A stretch of DNA of 64,000 nt from Selaginella moellendorffii (GCF_000143415.4 NW_003314295.1:1535950-1599949); one strand, 5' to 3'; shown: positions 11,731 to 23,500, counted from the stretch's first letter. Program-made: numbers and translations. The notes: generated by a model from the sequence alone, not told the origin.

Positions 11731-13203
11731 TCAAACCTGCCTCACCAAGTTGTTGACGAAATGCAGATCGTGCTCTGGTTCGATCGGCTTCTTATACTTG
11801 GCGTCCTGGTGCCAAGCGTGCTCAGGACTCAGTACAGCCGGATACGTAGCTTCGCCAATCTTCCCAGCCCAGTCGAAATCAATGAACATGACGTCAAAAG
11901 AGCCATCAGCTCTAGACCGGAGCTTGATATTGGGAAGCCTCAAATCACCATGGACGTACCCTGTTTTATGGCCCTTGATAGCCGCAGCCTTGATGCACTC
12001 GGTTAGCCTGTTCAGAGACGCGGGATCTCGTGCACAATCCGAAACCACCTGCTTTGCATCCTGCCATCCATCCTCCTTCCGCAGATACACCATTTCAACC
12101 TGTATCCAGCCACCTCCAATGTCCACAGCACTGTGAAGACTTGGTGCCACATTCGCCTTTGCCCAAAGCTTGTGAGCTTCTGAGGAGTAGACCCGAGTGA
12201 GCTTGGCGAGTCTCGTAGGTTCCAGCAGAAACACCAGCCTTTCTTCCAGCTGCTGTATGGGCTTGTCTCTGAACATGAACGGCACTGCGGGGTGGACACG
12301 AGCTTTGGGATCATACTGGTCACAAAAGAGACGAACAGCTCTCAGGGTGGCCGCCAGCAAGTTGAGATCTTCAAACTCTTGTGCACCATAGCAGTTGACA
12401 AAACTTGTCAGCGGCTCCGCAAACACCTTCTCTGTATCCCAATCCATGACAACTGCCACGGCTTGAATGTAGGGGCATGCTAGCAAGACGAGCAAACCAT
12501 ACGGCTGCCGAAATCCTGTGTCCCGAGTGGACAAGAACCGCCTTCTCAAGTACTCCAGCCCCTGGAAGTAGCCATCCGCAGGCTGCAACTTGTGCTCAAA
12601 CACAACCATCTGACCCTCCACCACCCCATCCCCTGGCTTGCCATCTATGTCAGTCCGTGACACAAAGCGGCAGAGGTAGCTCTGGAAGAGTTTGTTCACG
12701 GCGGGTGTCATCTGAGTAACTTCATCATCCCAGCCTACAGAGCACAGGTTCCACAATTGTTGAGCCGTATCAATGTCCACCTCTTCCACCTCAGTCGTCG
12801 CGCGTGCATTCATACGGAAGCTGAAGAAGCTGCTCTCAACCAGCGCAAGAGGCACAAGGGGACGTGATTCTGGAGGGCCCCTGTAGCAGATAAACCTGGG
12901 ACCGCGTTCTTCGTCAAACTGCACTTCTCTTGCTGCACTGTGACGGACCAAGTCGGAGGGATTCTCCTCCTTACCCTCTTTTTTCTTTAGCCTAGCTACT
13001 TCCTCCAGCGGTAGCTCGTTCAGCTGCCCTTCTCCGATCACCTGAGCGACGACCGACATCGTCTTCAGCTTCCCGGCGGAAATCTTCAAGTCCGCAGCAG
13101 CAGCTGATAGAGTTTTCGCAGACTTATTGGAATTCTTCCTAACACGAGTCGACCTTGCGGACCCTGCAGTACCTGAGTTGGCCGACTTGGCCGACTTGGC
13201 CAT
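11731..13203 (-). CDS. Intronless PD-(D/E)xK nuclease-like + protein kinase-like protein (Crinkler/CR REase-kinase architecture)
   Basis: Intact 490-aa ORF. GDGVV...VFEHK...YFQG is a D-(x)n-ExK-like motif. It is followed by AKLTRVYSSEAH...AP.L, GGWIQVEM, HGDLRLPNI, IDFDWAG and YP...W...HD. Confidence 0.75.
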   Translation of the reverse strand: MAKSAKSANSGTAGSARSTRVRKNSNKSAKTLSAAAADLKISAGKLKTMSVVAQVIGEGQLNELPLEEVARLKKKEGKEENPSDLVRHSAAREVQFDEERGPRFICYRGPPESRPLVPLALVESSFFSFRMNARATTEVEEVDIDTAQQLWNLCSVGWDDEVTQMTPAVNKLFQSYLCRFVSRTDIDGKPGDGVVEGQMVVFEHKLQPADGYFQGLEYLRRRFLSTRDTGFRQPYGLLVLLACPYIQAVAVVMDWDTEKVFAEPLTSFVNCYGAQEFEDLNLLAATLRAVRLFCDQYDPKARVHPAVPFMFRDKPIQQLEERLVFLLEPTRLAKLTRVYSSEAHKLWAKANVAPSLHSAVDIGGGWIQVEMVYLRKEDGWQDAKQVVSDCARDPASLNRLTECIKAAAIKGHKTGYVHGDLRLPNIKLRSRADGSFDVMFIDFDWAGKIGEATYPAVLSPEHAWHQDAKYKKPIEPEHDLHFVNNLVRQV

Positions 13204-13333
13204 CTCCTGCTAGGGCTAGGGCATAACGATTACAATCTTTTATGTTGAAGCATCTTATTCTTCTAACTTTGCCTCATTTTCTCTCTGTGACTTCTTAAGA
13301 AAAAATATACTGATCTATCCGGAGAACACAAGT

Positions 13334-14201
13334 CTAGACTTGGAGGCAGCAAGTTGACGAGGATCCAAAGCCGCCAGCACACCTGAGACTACTGTTGGGT
13401 TGTGGTATCTGGATAGAAGAAGACGAAGAAGGCATGAAACTCACTGGAGGAGGATGGTGCCATCGCGGGAGAGGGAGATGGGGGACGTGAGAGAGCCGAG
13501 GAGGAGCGGCGGCCAACATAAGGTTGTGGAGCAAAGGACCCGCTTGCATCACCGCGTCGAGGAGATGGCCTCTCTCGGGAAGAGCGCTCGTCACCACTGC
13601 GGCCTCGAGATCATCCATCGCTGCTGCATTGCGTGGGGAAGTCTTAGATAGTGGTGGATTGCCGAGAAAGAATCCAGCGGCAGCAGCGTCGGCGTGAAAA
13701 GGATGATCCAGCGTTGGAGCGCTAAGATCAAGGACCACAGTAGTGTCGTCGAGGGCTACGTCGTCGAGGAGGAAGGAGTAGTCGCCCGCTGGATCGGGGA
13801 GCTCTTCCCAGGAAGAAGTTATGGTGGCCGCGGATGGATCGAAAGCTTTTTGCCGGGCTTCGTCTCGTTCCCTTTGAGCTGCTCGCAGGAGCTCCTCGAG
13901 ATGAGTGAGCTTGCAAGTGTAGATTTGCTCCTGGCTCTTGGCGGCCTGTCTCGCGGATTCCAGCTCCATGGACGTGCACGCTAGCAGATGCCGTAACTCC
14001 TCGAGGTTCTGTGAAACAAAAGAAAGTGATGTTTCACGGATCTTCTTGAGTTTTGATATACCCCACTAGCTAGAATGACCCAAGTGATGAATTCCTAGCA
14101 ACAATCTTCTCAAATGAGGCGATATTTACCTCTGAGCTCCAGCATTCCAGCTCTGGAGCCGAAGTAATGCTCTCATCCATGGATGACGCGCTCCTCTCCA
14201 T
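13334..14201 (-). CDS. DUF1635 family protein (2 exons: 14201-14130, 14008-13334)
   Basis: Coiled-coil segment ELE...ERDEARQK and C-terminal LPERGHLLDAVMQAGPLLHNLMLA...LPRWHHPPP motif; an in-frame GT-AG intron links the MERSASSMDES exon. Confidence 0.8.
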
Positions 14202-14455
14202 GGCGCTGATCGAAGAAGGGGAAGAGCATGGATTGGAAATGAGGGCTAGGGCTCTTGTCCCTCCAAAAACACATTTCAAAAGGAATACTTTCCCTTCTCG
14301 TCGTGCTGCCGTTTGAAAGGAGAATTCGAAAAGATGTAAAAGTTGTGACGGGCTTTTTTAGAAACTTTCTTTCAAGCCGCTGTAAAATCTGGAGTTCCCA
14401 CCAAGATCTCTCCTTGGTTTTAAAAATTTTCCCATCTGATCGTCTCAAGGGGAAA

Positions 14456-16234
14456 TTAAACAACATAACTTGAAATAGTGGAGAGCAAAACATAGGCAGA
14501 AGCATGGTGTGGGCTCGTTGCCAAAAGCTGCTCTGTTGCGTGGAACCCTCGAGCAGCATCATCGTGAGTTCTACACGCAGAAAGCAGTGGAAGCCACCCC
14601 AAAGCTCGGTCACCATCGCTATGCAAAGCATCGATGCTTACAATAGCTTCGGCCTCGTCCAAGAATCCAAGCCGGCCAAGCAAATCCACAGCACAGGCAT
14701 TGTGAAGAGCGCTTGGCTCCAAGCCGTAGTCACTCTGAAGCCGGGAGAAATAGCTCAGGCCCGTTTCTAGAATGCCGCATTGGCTACAAAGTGTGAGAAT
14801 GTTCACAAAGGTGGCCCCGTCTGGACGAACGCCTTGGAGCTCCATTTCTCGACACAAGCCCAATCCATCTCTGGCTTGAAGCTCTTCCAGCCCGTGCAGC
14901 GCGGCATAGGCAGCGGCCATGGCATTCCAGGTGACGGTGTTTTTGATCCTCATGCTTTCGAAGACTTCTTTTGCAGCATTGAGGTCACCACACTTGGCAT
15001 ACATGTCAAGCAAAGAAGTTCCCAGCACCACCGATTTGCTGCTCAGGTATCCATTGCTCGCCACCTCTCTGTGAAGCACTCTTCCCGTGTTTAAGTCTTG
15101 GAGAGCAGCGCAAGCATCCAAGACGCTGCTCAGTGTCATTTCGTTTGGAACCACGCCTTCCAAGTCCATATTTCTGAACAAAACGAATGCCTCGCCGTGT
15201 TGCTCCTCTTTGATGTAAACTCCAACCATGGCTGTCCATAGCACCACATCTCCTCTTCCACTACCCTTTTCCATTAGCCTTTGAAACACCATCTTTGCTT
15301 CGTCCAAGCATTGAAGGCCACAGCGCCCATACATTGTTATGACGGCCGTGCAGACCATGGCATCTAGATGAAATCCAGCTGCGTCTGCATGGCTGTGCAC
15401 CATCCTTCCACGAGCCAGAGAGCCTCCACACGCCTCCAAGCACGTCACCATTGTGATTCCGTCAGCTTTCATACCCTCGGCACACATTCTCGCATAGAAG
15501 TCAAGTGCTTCGTCAAAATGCCCAAGCTGGGTATGAGCTCCAATGATCGCATTCCAGGACACAGTGTCATCTCTTCCCTGTTCTTGCATTGAGCGGAAGA
15601 TGACGTTTGATTCTTGCAAACATCCACACCTTGCGTACATAGAGATGATGGAATTTGCAACATTGACACTGGCATCTGCTACTCCACTCTCAATTGCAAT
15701 GCTTCCGACGAGTCTAGAATGGTAGGACAATCCAATGCAAGCACTAGAAACACTCACGAATGTTCTCTCGTTTGGTCGAAGGCCTTCTAAATTCATGGCA
15801 CAAAATACTCGAAGGGCTTGATTGCTGTTCCCCGCTTGTGCAAATGAAGCTATCATGGTGTTCCATGCAGCCAAATCTTTGTAATCCATGCTGTTAAACA
15901 AAAGCCTTGCTTCTTCTAAATGCCCATTGTAGGCATATGCAGAAAAAAGCATTGTCCACGAAAACACATTGGGTTCTGGAATGGTATCAAACACCATCTT
16001 TGAATCATTCAAACAACCGCACTGTGAGTACATGTAAACCAGCAAATTCGAGACAACAATGGTGTTTTCTTGCTGCTCGAACCTGGATATCAACGAGTGC
16101 AAACGTTTGCCGAGGACTGGAGACTTCACCTCTCCACACTGCTTTGCAAGAGTTGCCAAAGCATGCCTTCTTGGAGACTTGGTGTGTAACTCGAGCGCTT
16201 CCAAGGCGTCAAGCAGCACAGCTTTCTTTCCCAT
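14456..16234 (-). CDS. PLS-class pentatricopeptide repeat protein with partial E domain, no DYW
   Basis: Repeated MYxxCG...A..VF / VSWNA(M)I / G..P(N/D)..T motifs; C-terminal VDLLGRLG...LLSACRTH...YVLLS. Confidence 0.93.
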   Translation of the reverse strand: MGKKAVLLDALEALELHTKSPRRHALATLAKQCGEVKSPVLGKRLHSLISRFEQQENTIVVSNLLVYMYSQCGCLNDSKMVFDTIPEPNVFSWTMLFSAYAYNGHLEEARLLFNSMDYKDLAAWNTMIASFAQAGNSNQALRVFCAMNLEGLRPNERTFVSVSSACIGLSYHSRLVGSIAIESGVADASVNVANSIISMYARCGCLQESNVIFRSMQEQGRDDTVSWNAIIGAHTQLGHFDEALDFYARMCAEGMKADGITMVTCLEACGGSLARGRMVHSHADAAGFHLDAMVCTAVITMYGRCGLQCLDEAKMVFQRLMEKGSGRGDVVLWTAMVGVYIKEEQHGEAFVLFRNMDLEGVVPNEMTLSSVLDACAALQDLNTGRVLHREVASNGYLSSKSVVLGTSLLDMYAKCGDLNAAKEVFESMRIKNTVTWNAMAAAYAALHGLEELQARDGLGLCREMELQGVRPDGATFVNILTLCSQCGILETGLSYFSRLQSDYGLEPSALHNACAVDLLGRLGFLDEAEAIVSIDALHSDGDRALGWLPLLSACRTHDDAARGFHATEQLLATSPHHASAYVLLSTISSYVV

Positions 16235-17284
16235 ACGAATGACCAGAGCATGTCATTTTTCTTCCAAGTGCCTAGATGAGTTGTGACTTTTATATGGTTA
16301 TGATGCTGATATAACTGAGGGATGACAACGAGGAGTTGTGATTGATCTGCCATAGTCGAGACAAAGGAGCTGGCACAAGCTCCTAACCAGGACACGCTCG
16401 CCCAGGGATTCACACAAATCTCCCAAGTATGGGTAGGATGCAGCACAATCATTATCTGATTGGGGAACATTTTCCGTTTCTGGTTGATCATGCGCTTTGT
16501 AGATCAGTCTCACTGCAACCTATGGACGCACACACGCAAGTGGCTTCCAAGCGGTCTGCTCGTGGATAAGGGCTCCTGTGTCAGAATCTATGTGGGTAGC
16601 CATATATAGTAAATTTAAGTTCCTTTATAAGCTCCCAATGGCATCATTCATGCACCAATGCATTGGATTCAGTACATCATCACAATTGATAGTCTGTCCC
16701 CAGCCTACTTCTAGGCACCCACGGTAGTGGGCTTCCCATGTCAAATAGTATTTTGTATCGTTGAAACAAACGTCATGAATATTCTAAGTATTAATGAGCA
16801 TTTTTAGGGCAGCGTATAGCACAAAAGAGAAACCAATGGCGTTTTCACAGGCAAGCATAGATCTCTCCTTCTAGCAAGCTAGCCCATCATTCTCTAAGAT
16901 CTCAGTCCCTTGCTCGTGTGTGGCTATTTGAGATGCAAGATAACAAGGGATTGTTGTAGAACATGTTAATTGGCACCATCTAAAGAAAACATCGTTGTCA
17001 GCAAACCAAATCTATGCGAAGCCGCTACACACTTCGGGACAACAAGAGTGTGATTGAGCAATACCAGGAGGGACACAGTGCTTGAATATTTAAGAATAAG
17101 ACATTATGAGAATATTTTAGTAATTTAACTCCCTTAATTCTCTGGCTAGTTCTTCTATTTGGCTTGTCATTGAGTAATACTAGCAGGGGCAGACAATAGT
17201 CTTTGCTCTTCTTCCTCCTCCTACTCGCCACTCAGCAGCATTCTGTGACTACATAGGCATAAACTAAGATGCAAACTCCAATAA

Positions 17285-18187
17285 TTAAAATAAACTCAAA
17301 ATTTTATAAATACTATCCGTATTTGTATCTTGTAGAACAAGTTCCCCTAAGTTATTTATATATAATACAAGACAAAGCATAAGACATTCTAACTCTTTAC
17401 AACTTAATTCAATCAGCCAAACTCCACCATTTGTGCCCCATATTCCAACTTTGCCATTAATTAAAACTTGCAAATAACAATTGCTATCCTTTCCTTGAGT
17501 ATCACTTGACCAATATACAGTACCTGTTTGGATATGATTAAGCATAAGATTACATTGGTTTAATGTAAGTCTGAATTTAAAATTGGATGAAATGATACTG
17601 TTTCCATCTTCAATATAAGAACCTATACTCCTTAAAGTTCCTGCTGATATTATAAAAGTGTATGGCCAACATAACTCTAGTGACAATTCATTCGTATTTA
17701 ATATTTGTGGTAAATTTGGCAGTGGTTGATTAGGATTTCTTGTTTTAGGACTCTCTGTGAAATAATCAGCATATAAATATGGCTTAGTAACTCCTACATG
17801 ACCATAAGCTTTAGCACGTATTGCAATCTCTATTAAATCAACCATTTCTTTATAATTATCTATTAAAACTTTACCTGTGGCATATAGCTTTTTACTTGTT
17901 CTAGATTCTATACTACAATCTGTAGACCGTCTATCACTTTGCTGAAATGTTTGAAATCTCATATATGTCAAAGGAACACTTGTAGGATATGCCCATGCAA
18001 TACCTAGTTCATATTGTGTTTCATTTTGAATATTTGCAGTTGTAGGAAGATTTTTGATTGATTGTACAATTAAATCTATATGAGCATTAGAAAAATGCCA
18101 TGGCAATACAGCTATCCAAATTTCAAGTCTAGATTGACAAGCAATTGCTATTAAGCTTATTATCAATATAATTAATGCTTTTGACAT
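17285..18187 (-). CDS. Putative secreted protein with C-terminal bulb-type (GNA/B-) lectin domain
   Basis: Hydrophobic N-terminus MSKALIILIISLIAIAC. C-terminal GNSIISSNFKFRLTLNQCNLML...VYWSSDT...YLQVLINGKVGIW...INNLGELVLQD. A 300-codon frame stays open in very AT-rich DNA. Confidence 0.65.
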   Translation of the reverse strand: MSKALIILIISLIAIACQSRLEIWIAVLPWHFSNAHIDLIVQSIKNLPTTANIQNETQYELGIAWAYPTSVPLTYMRFQTFQQSDRRSTDCSIESRTSKKLYATGKVLIDNYKEMVDLIEIAIRAKAYGHVGVTKPYLYADYFTESPKTRNPNQPLPNLPQILNTNELSLELCWPYTFIISAGTLRSIGSYIEDGNSIISSNFKFRLTLNQCNLMLNHIQTGTVYWSSDTQGKDSNCYLQVLINGKVGIWGTNGGVWLIELSCKELECLMLCLVLYINNLGELVLQDTNTDSIYKILSLF

Positions 18188-18428
18188 AACAACCAGTCAC
18201 ATCAAAATATTGGACATGCCTATCTATGCATAATAATACAAGTATATATGATTTTTAATGTAATGTGTACAAGTGTAGTAAACTTATTAAAATTAAGACC
18301 ATTACTATTCCTTATTTACTAAGGATACAATCTAAATGCTCCATATGGCAAGGTTCTATACTTCTATTGCATTGTCTTCTAGCTTTGGTAGATTGAAGGA
18401 TTTGGTTTCAAAGGAACACAAAGGGGCG

Positions 18429-18528
18429 NNNNNNNNNNNNNNNNNNNNNNNNNNNNNNNNNNNNNNNNNNNNNNNNNNNNNNNNNNNNNNNNNNNNNNNN
18501 NNNNNNNNNNNNNNNNNNNNNNNNNNNN
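18429..18528. other. Assembly gap (100 N) flanked by a 25-bp perfect inverted repeat
   Basis: gatttggtttcaaaggaacacaaag (18399-18423) and ctttgtgttcctttgaaaccaaatc (18529-18553) are exact reverse complements. Confidence 0.95.
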
Positions 18529-19511
18529 CTTTGTGTTCCTTTGAAACCAAATCTTTGAAATGTTTAATATTATATAAAAGAAGTTTTCTTACATGCTTGA
18601 GAAAAGGCTTTAAATCTTGCACTTATGTTATTTGATTTGCTAATTTCTTTGAGCTTGATTTCTTATCCTTCATCATTCTTGATTCTTGAAGAATGTATTT
18701 TCTAGTGCTTGTATGTTGCTCCTTATTTCTTGTGGTAGATAAAGCTTTCTCATGATTCTTTATCATATTTTTTGCTCTAAATCTTGACTATGTATATGGT
18801 ATAGTGAGCAAAAATATGATGTAAAAAGGTATATTGTAAAAGTAATGGTAATAATAATGATAATAGTGAGTAAAAATCATTAAAAATGACATTTAAAATG
18901 TTTTTTTCAAAGTGGTAATAAGATATGTCTAAATTTCCTGGCGTATTTTATGATCTAAAGGTTGATGTAATCTTGTGTTTATAAATTATATGTTTGTTTT
19001 AATAATCTATAGACAATTTAATGTTTGAATTTAGTTTTTTAAATTATACCTAAAAATATGTAGCACACATGTTTTTCACTCTATAAAGAATTATAAGTAG
19101 AATCTAACCCTTAGGGTGGGGTGAAGTTTTTCAAGGGGGAAAATTTACTTTTAACCCCTTCTTCACATGCATCCTATCAGTGACATGGCATTAGAATTGG
19201 GGGAAGGGGCAGAATCTAGTGTCCCCCCTCCCTCGAAAATTTTGGTAGAACAAACTAATAAAATGGTGTCATGTATAAAATGTTAATAATTGCTTATAAA
19301 ATACAAAATAAATTTAACTAAGTTGGCAAAAACTATACTACTTTAAAGTTTTGCAAAGGGGAATTTTGTTTTCTGGGGTGAAGAAATTTTTATATAAGGG
19401 ATATATGGAACAATGCCCTTAGATATATGCTAAAGATAATGAAGTAGAATTAGAGTTTCAGAGCTGTGGGTTAGAGAACAAAGTGATAGAGAAGACTTCT
19501 AACTATACAGT

Positions 19512-20182
19512 TGTGGGGAAAAATACACGACAACCAAGAAAGACAGGAAAGACTCCCCTAGGGCTTATATTTCAGCAGTAACTACAAATCACTCATACTG
19601 AGTGCGCTGGGCCTGCAGTAACTCCTCTATGATCACACGTAGGTAACGGTACCACACTTGACCACAGGTTGGACAAGTAGTTGGAATTTGCTGCTCCTCT
19701 TGAATTCTCAGCTCCTCGATCGCACGCCTTATCCGCATGTTGTTGGTGACGCGATCAGCGACGGGATCTCGACGGCCTATAGGAGGTCTCACCATCTTCG
19801 AGCAAAGAGAACTCCAGAACCCGAGAGAAAACAAGAACTGTAAAATAACTGAATGGCCGTACCTAATTTCAAACTCCCAAAAACTTAAACACCAACCAAT
19901 GGCTGAAACTTTCCCAGCTAATAACTCTTCATCCACAACTCCGATCGACTTGATTTCACCACCAAAGAACTGCCCTTGATCAGATCTTCAACTTTCTAGA
20001 AAACAACTTCTTCAAATTCTCACTTCTGAAATCCGTCACTTTTTCTCTCTCTAGACGAAATATTCATAAGAAGCTTCTTCAGCGAGCTTCTTCATTTTTC
20101 ACCTTTTTTCTAACTCAGAAATACGTCAGTACTCACAAAAACAACCTCAAGTATGAAAATACAACCGTATATACGGTTGACA
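19512..20182 (-). repeat. 3' LTR (671 bp)
   Basis: Matches 26652-27322 except for 2 transitions. Confidence 0.95.
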
Positions 20183-20570
20183 CCATACCACCCTGATACT
20201 CGCGCCGCCCTCGGCACGCTGACTGCCATTAACCATTGACTTCTTGACTGGTTCAAACCCAACTCTGCTACACTTTCCTCTGACACCGCTCAACTCGGCT
20301 CCATTTGACTTCTCACACGGCGACACTTCACCTCTTTCAACTCTCTTCTCCTACACTATTGCTGAGCTCGCCTCCACCGACGTCTACAGCCTCCATAAAT
20401 AAATCCTCCTGGCGCTCCACACTTGAACTCATAAAATCTCCCCCTTCAGCTGCTCCTCTCAAGGATGTGCAGCTAACTCTACCTGTGTCTTCTACGCTTG
20501 TTCTTAAATGAAAACACCAACATACCTCCATTCGATTCTGGAACTTCCCATTCAGCTACAACCACAGCTC

Positions 20571-23500
20571 TCAGCTGGCCTCAGCTCTGGTCATCCTCAA
20601 CTCTGATTCGGATGGCTCCGACACATTGGACTCTGGCTCAGCTCCGGCTGTTTCATCATTTGAACGTGTATGGTACTTTTTCAATCGGAAACCATTGATC
20701 CGCGTTGGCAGCAGGTTCCCACTCAAATCTGCCACCTGCACCGAGCCATTGTCGTTGACATTCACCACCACATAAGGGCCCAGCCACCGTATCTTGAGTT
20801 TTCCTGGCCGTTTCCAAAACTTGCTGTCATACAGCAACACCAAATCCCCTATTGCAAACTTCCGCTCTCGAATATGATCATCATGCCATTTCTTTCTCCG
20901 CTTCTGCAATGCCTCTCTAGCTTGAAATGCCAGCAGCCTCGTCTCATCCAATCGTTCTAGCTCGTTCAACCTCTGCTGTATGGCACCGTCCCAGTCCATA
21001 GCATGCTCTACAGCCGTCCTCAAGGCTGGAACTTCAAGCTCCACCGGCAATAGTGCTTCCTGCCCATAAACCAACTGAAAAGGTGAGAACCGAGTGGTCA
21101 CCTTAAAAGCAACTCGATATGCCCAAACTGCATCCAAAAGGCGCTTATCCCAATCTGTCCGAGAAGCTGAGCAGGTCTTAGTAACAATCCGGCAAAGAGT
21201 TCCATTTGTACGCTCCACTTGACCATTGCAACGCGGGTAGTAAGGAGTAGACTTCGAGTGATAAACTCCATAAGTTTCTGTCAGTGCTGCCACTGCCTCG
21301 TTCAAGAAGTGTGTTCCCCGATCACTCACCAGTTCGAGGGGAACTCCAAACCGTGTAATTATCTGCTCATAAAGAAACTCCGCAACCTTCTTACCAGTAT
21401 CCTCCCGTAGAGCCTTCACCTCAGACCATTTTGTAACGTAATCAGTGCAGACCAGTACATACTTATAACCTGTCCGTCGAGCTGGAGGAAACGGTCCGCA
21501 AAAATCAATCCCCCATTTTTCAAACGGCATCACTGGCAACAGTGGATGAAGAGGCTGGTAGTCACGCTTATCTGGCTTCCCTGCTCGCTGACAAGGGTCA
21601 CAGGTTTTGACATAGTACGTAACCTCCTTCCTCAATGTCGGCCACCAATATCCAGCTCTGCAAATAATCTCCACCGTCGCTTCTGTTCCAAAGTGGCCTC
21701 CATATGCCGAGTCATGGCATGCTGCTATCACCTTAGTCGTCTCATGTGGTAGCAAACACCGCCTCAATACGCTATCTCATCCAATCCGGTATAATACACC
21801 GCCAACCATCGTATAGAGTCGACTCTGCAACAGAAGCCGTCGCTGCTGCCGGTTATTCAACCCTGCCGGATACTCGCCATTGCCAAGGAACTTAACCATC
21901 TCGGCATACCAGTCCGGCACCGTTTCAAATTGGAAGATAGGTGCATCTGGCAAATCATCCTCTACGCCTACTTCCTCATCACTGTCCTGTGGTGGCAGCC
22001 TCGATAAGTGATCTGGCATCTGATGGCTGCTTCCAGGTTTCAACACAATCCGGAACTGAAATTCCTGGAGCAGCAACAGCCAACGTGTGATTCTTCCTGT
22101 CTTGCATGGCTTCCCTATTAAATACTTCAATGCCTGATGATCGAGGAAAAACACGAACTCCTTGCCGAGTAGATAATGCCAATATTGCTGGATCGCATAG
22201 ATCATGCCGAGTCCTTCCCTCTCAGTTGCTGAATAGCTCTTCTCAGCCGTTGAAAGTTGACGGCTGCTGTAACATATTGGATGATCTGCTCGTCCATCTG
22301 AGCGTTGACACAGCACCACACCAATGGCCACTGCTGATGCATCCACGTGAACGTGAAACTCCAAGTTCCAATCCGGCATCTTCAAAATTGGCGCGTTTAC
22401 CAGTGCCAGTTTCAAGCGTTGGAAGGCCGCCTCACATGCAACTGTCCACTCATATTTAGCCCCCTTCTTCAGCAGGCTAGTCAAGGGTAGAGCTTTCTCG
22501 GCAAAGTTCCTCACGAAACGGCGGTGATATCCCACATGCCCAAGAAATGCCTGCAATTGCTTCACAGTCTCTGGTGACACCAGCTGCATGATCACCTGCA
22601 TCTTGGCCGGATCGACAGCTAAACCTTCTCTTGACACTATCCGACCCAGCAGCACTCCATGCGTTACCCAGAACTGACACTTGAACGGGTTGAGAGAAAT
22701 CCCATAGTGCCGACAGCGTTCAAAACACTTCTCGAGCAAGCCTTCATGCGCCAACTCGCTCCCATAGACACTGAAATCGTCAAGGAATACTTCCATAAAC
22801 TCTCGCATGTACGGCTGGAAAGCTGCTGTGACGACCCGCTGAAAGGTAGCAGGTGCATTACACAGGCCGAAGGGCATAACTTTGTAGGCGTAGCAGCCCC
22901 ACTCAGTCACAAACGTGGTTTTGAGCTGATCCTCTTCTGCTATCTGCACCTAGTTATAGCCGCTGAATCCGTCGAGGAAGGAATAAAGCTCGTGTCCCGC
23001 CACAGCATCAAGTACCGTGTCAGTAAAGGGCAGAGGGAAGCCATCCTTCTCAGTCACCTCGTTCAGCTTCCGGTAATCGACACAGACTCGCAGCTGACCA
23101 TTCTTTTTTGGCACCACCACAATCGGAGACAGCCATTGGCTCGTTTCCACCTCGTAAATAAACCCAGCTCGCAGCAACTTCTCCAGCTCCTCTCGAACAG
23201 TCTTGGAGTAATTCGGGTTCATCCTATACGGCCGCTGCCGAATAGGCACTGCTCCTGGCTTGAGAATGATCCGGTGTTGAGCCAGCTTCACATCCACACC
23301 TCGCATGTCTCTATAAGACCATGCAAACACGTCGAGGTACCTGTAAAAGAGGCGCCTCAACCTTTCCTTAACTTGGACCGGCAAGTTAGCTCCGACCTTC
23401 ACCACCTTTTCCTCCTCGGCTGATCCGAGGTTCATCTCTTCGACAGTTGGCTGAGCTGTGTATCGGCTACTACCTTGTCCTCTAGGATGGATCGCTGGCT

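Noticed and set aside
16298-17231. Exon-like minus-strand fragments upstream of the PPR gene
   Set aside because: Multiple stops and no identifiable family; not supportable as a feature.
18336-18635. ORFs spanning the N run
   Set aside because: Artefacts of the assembly gap.
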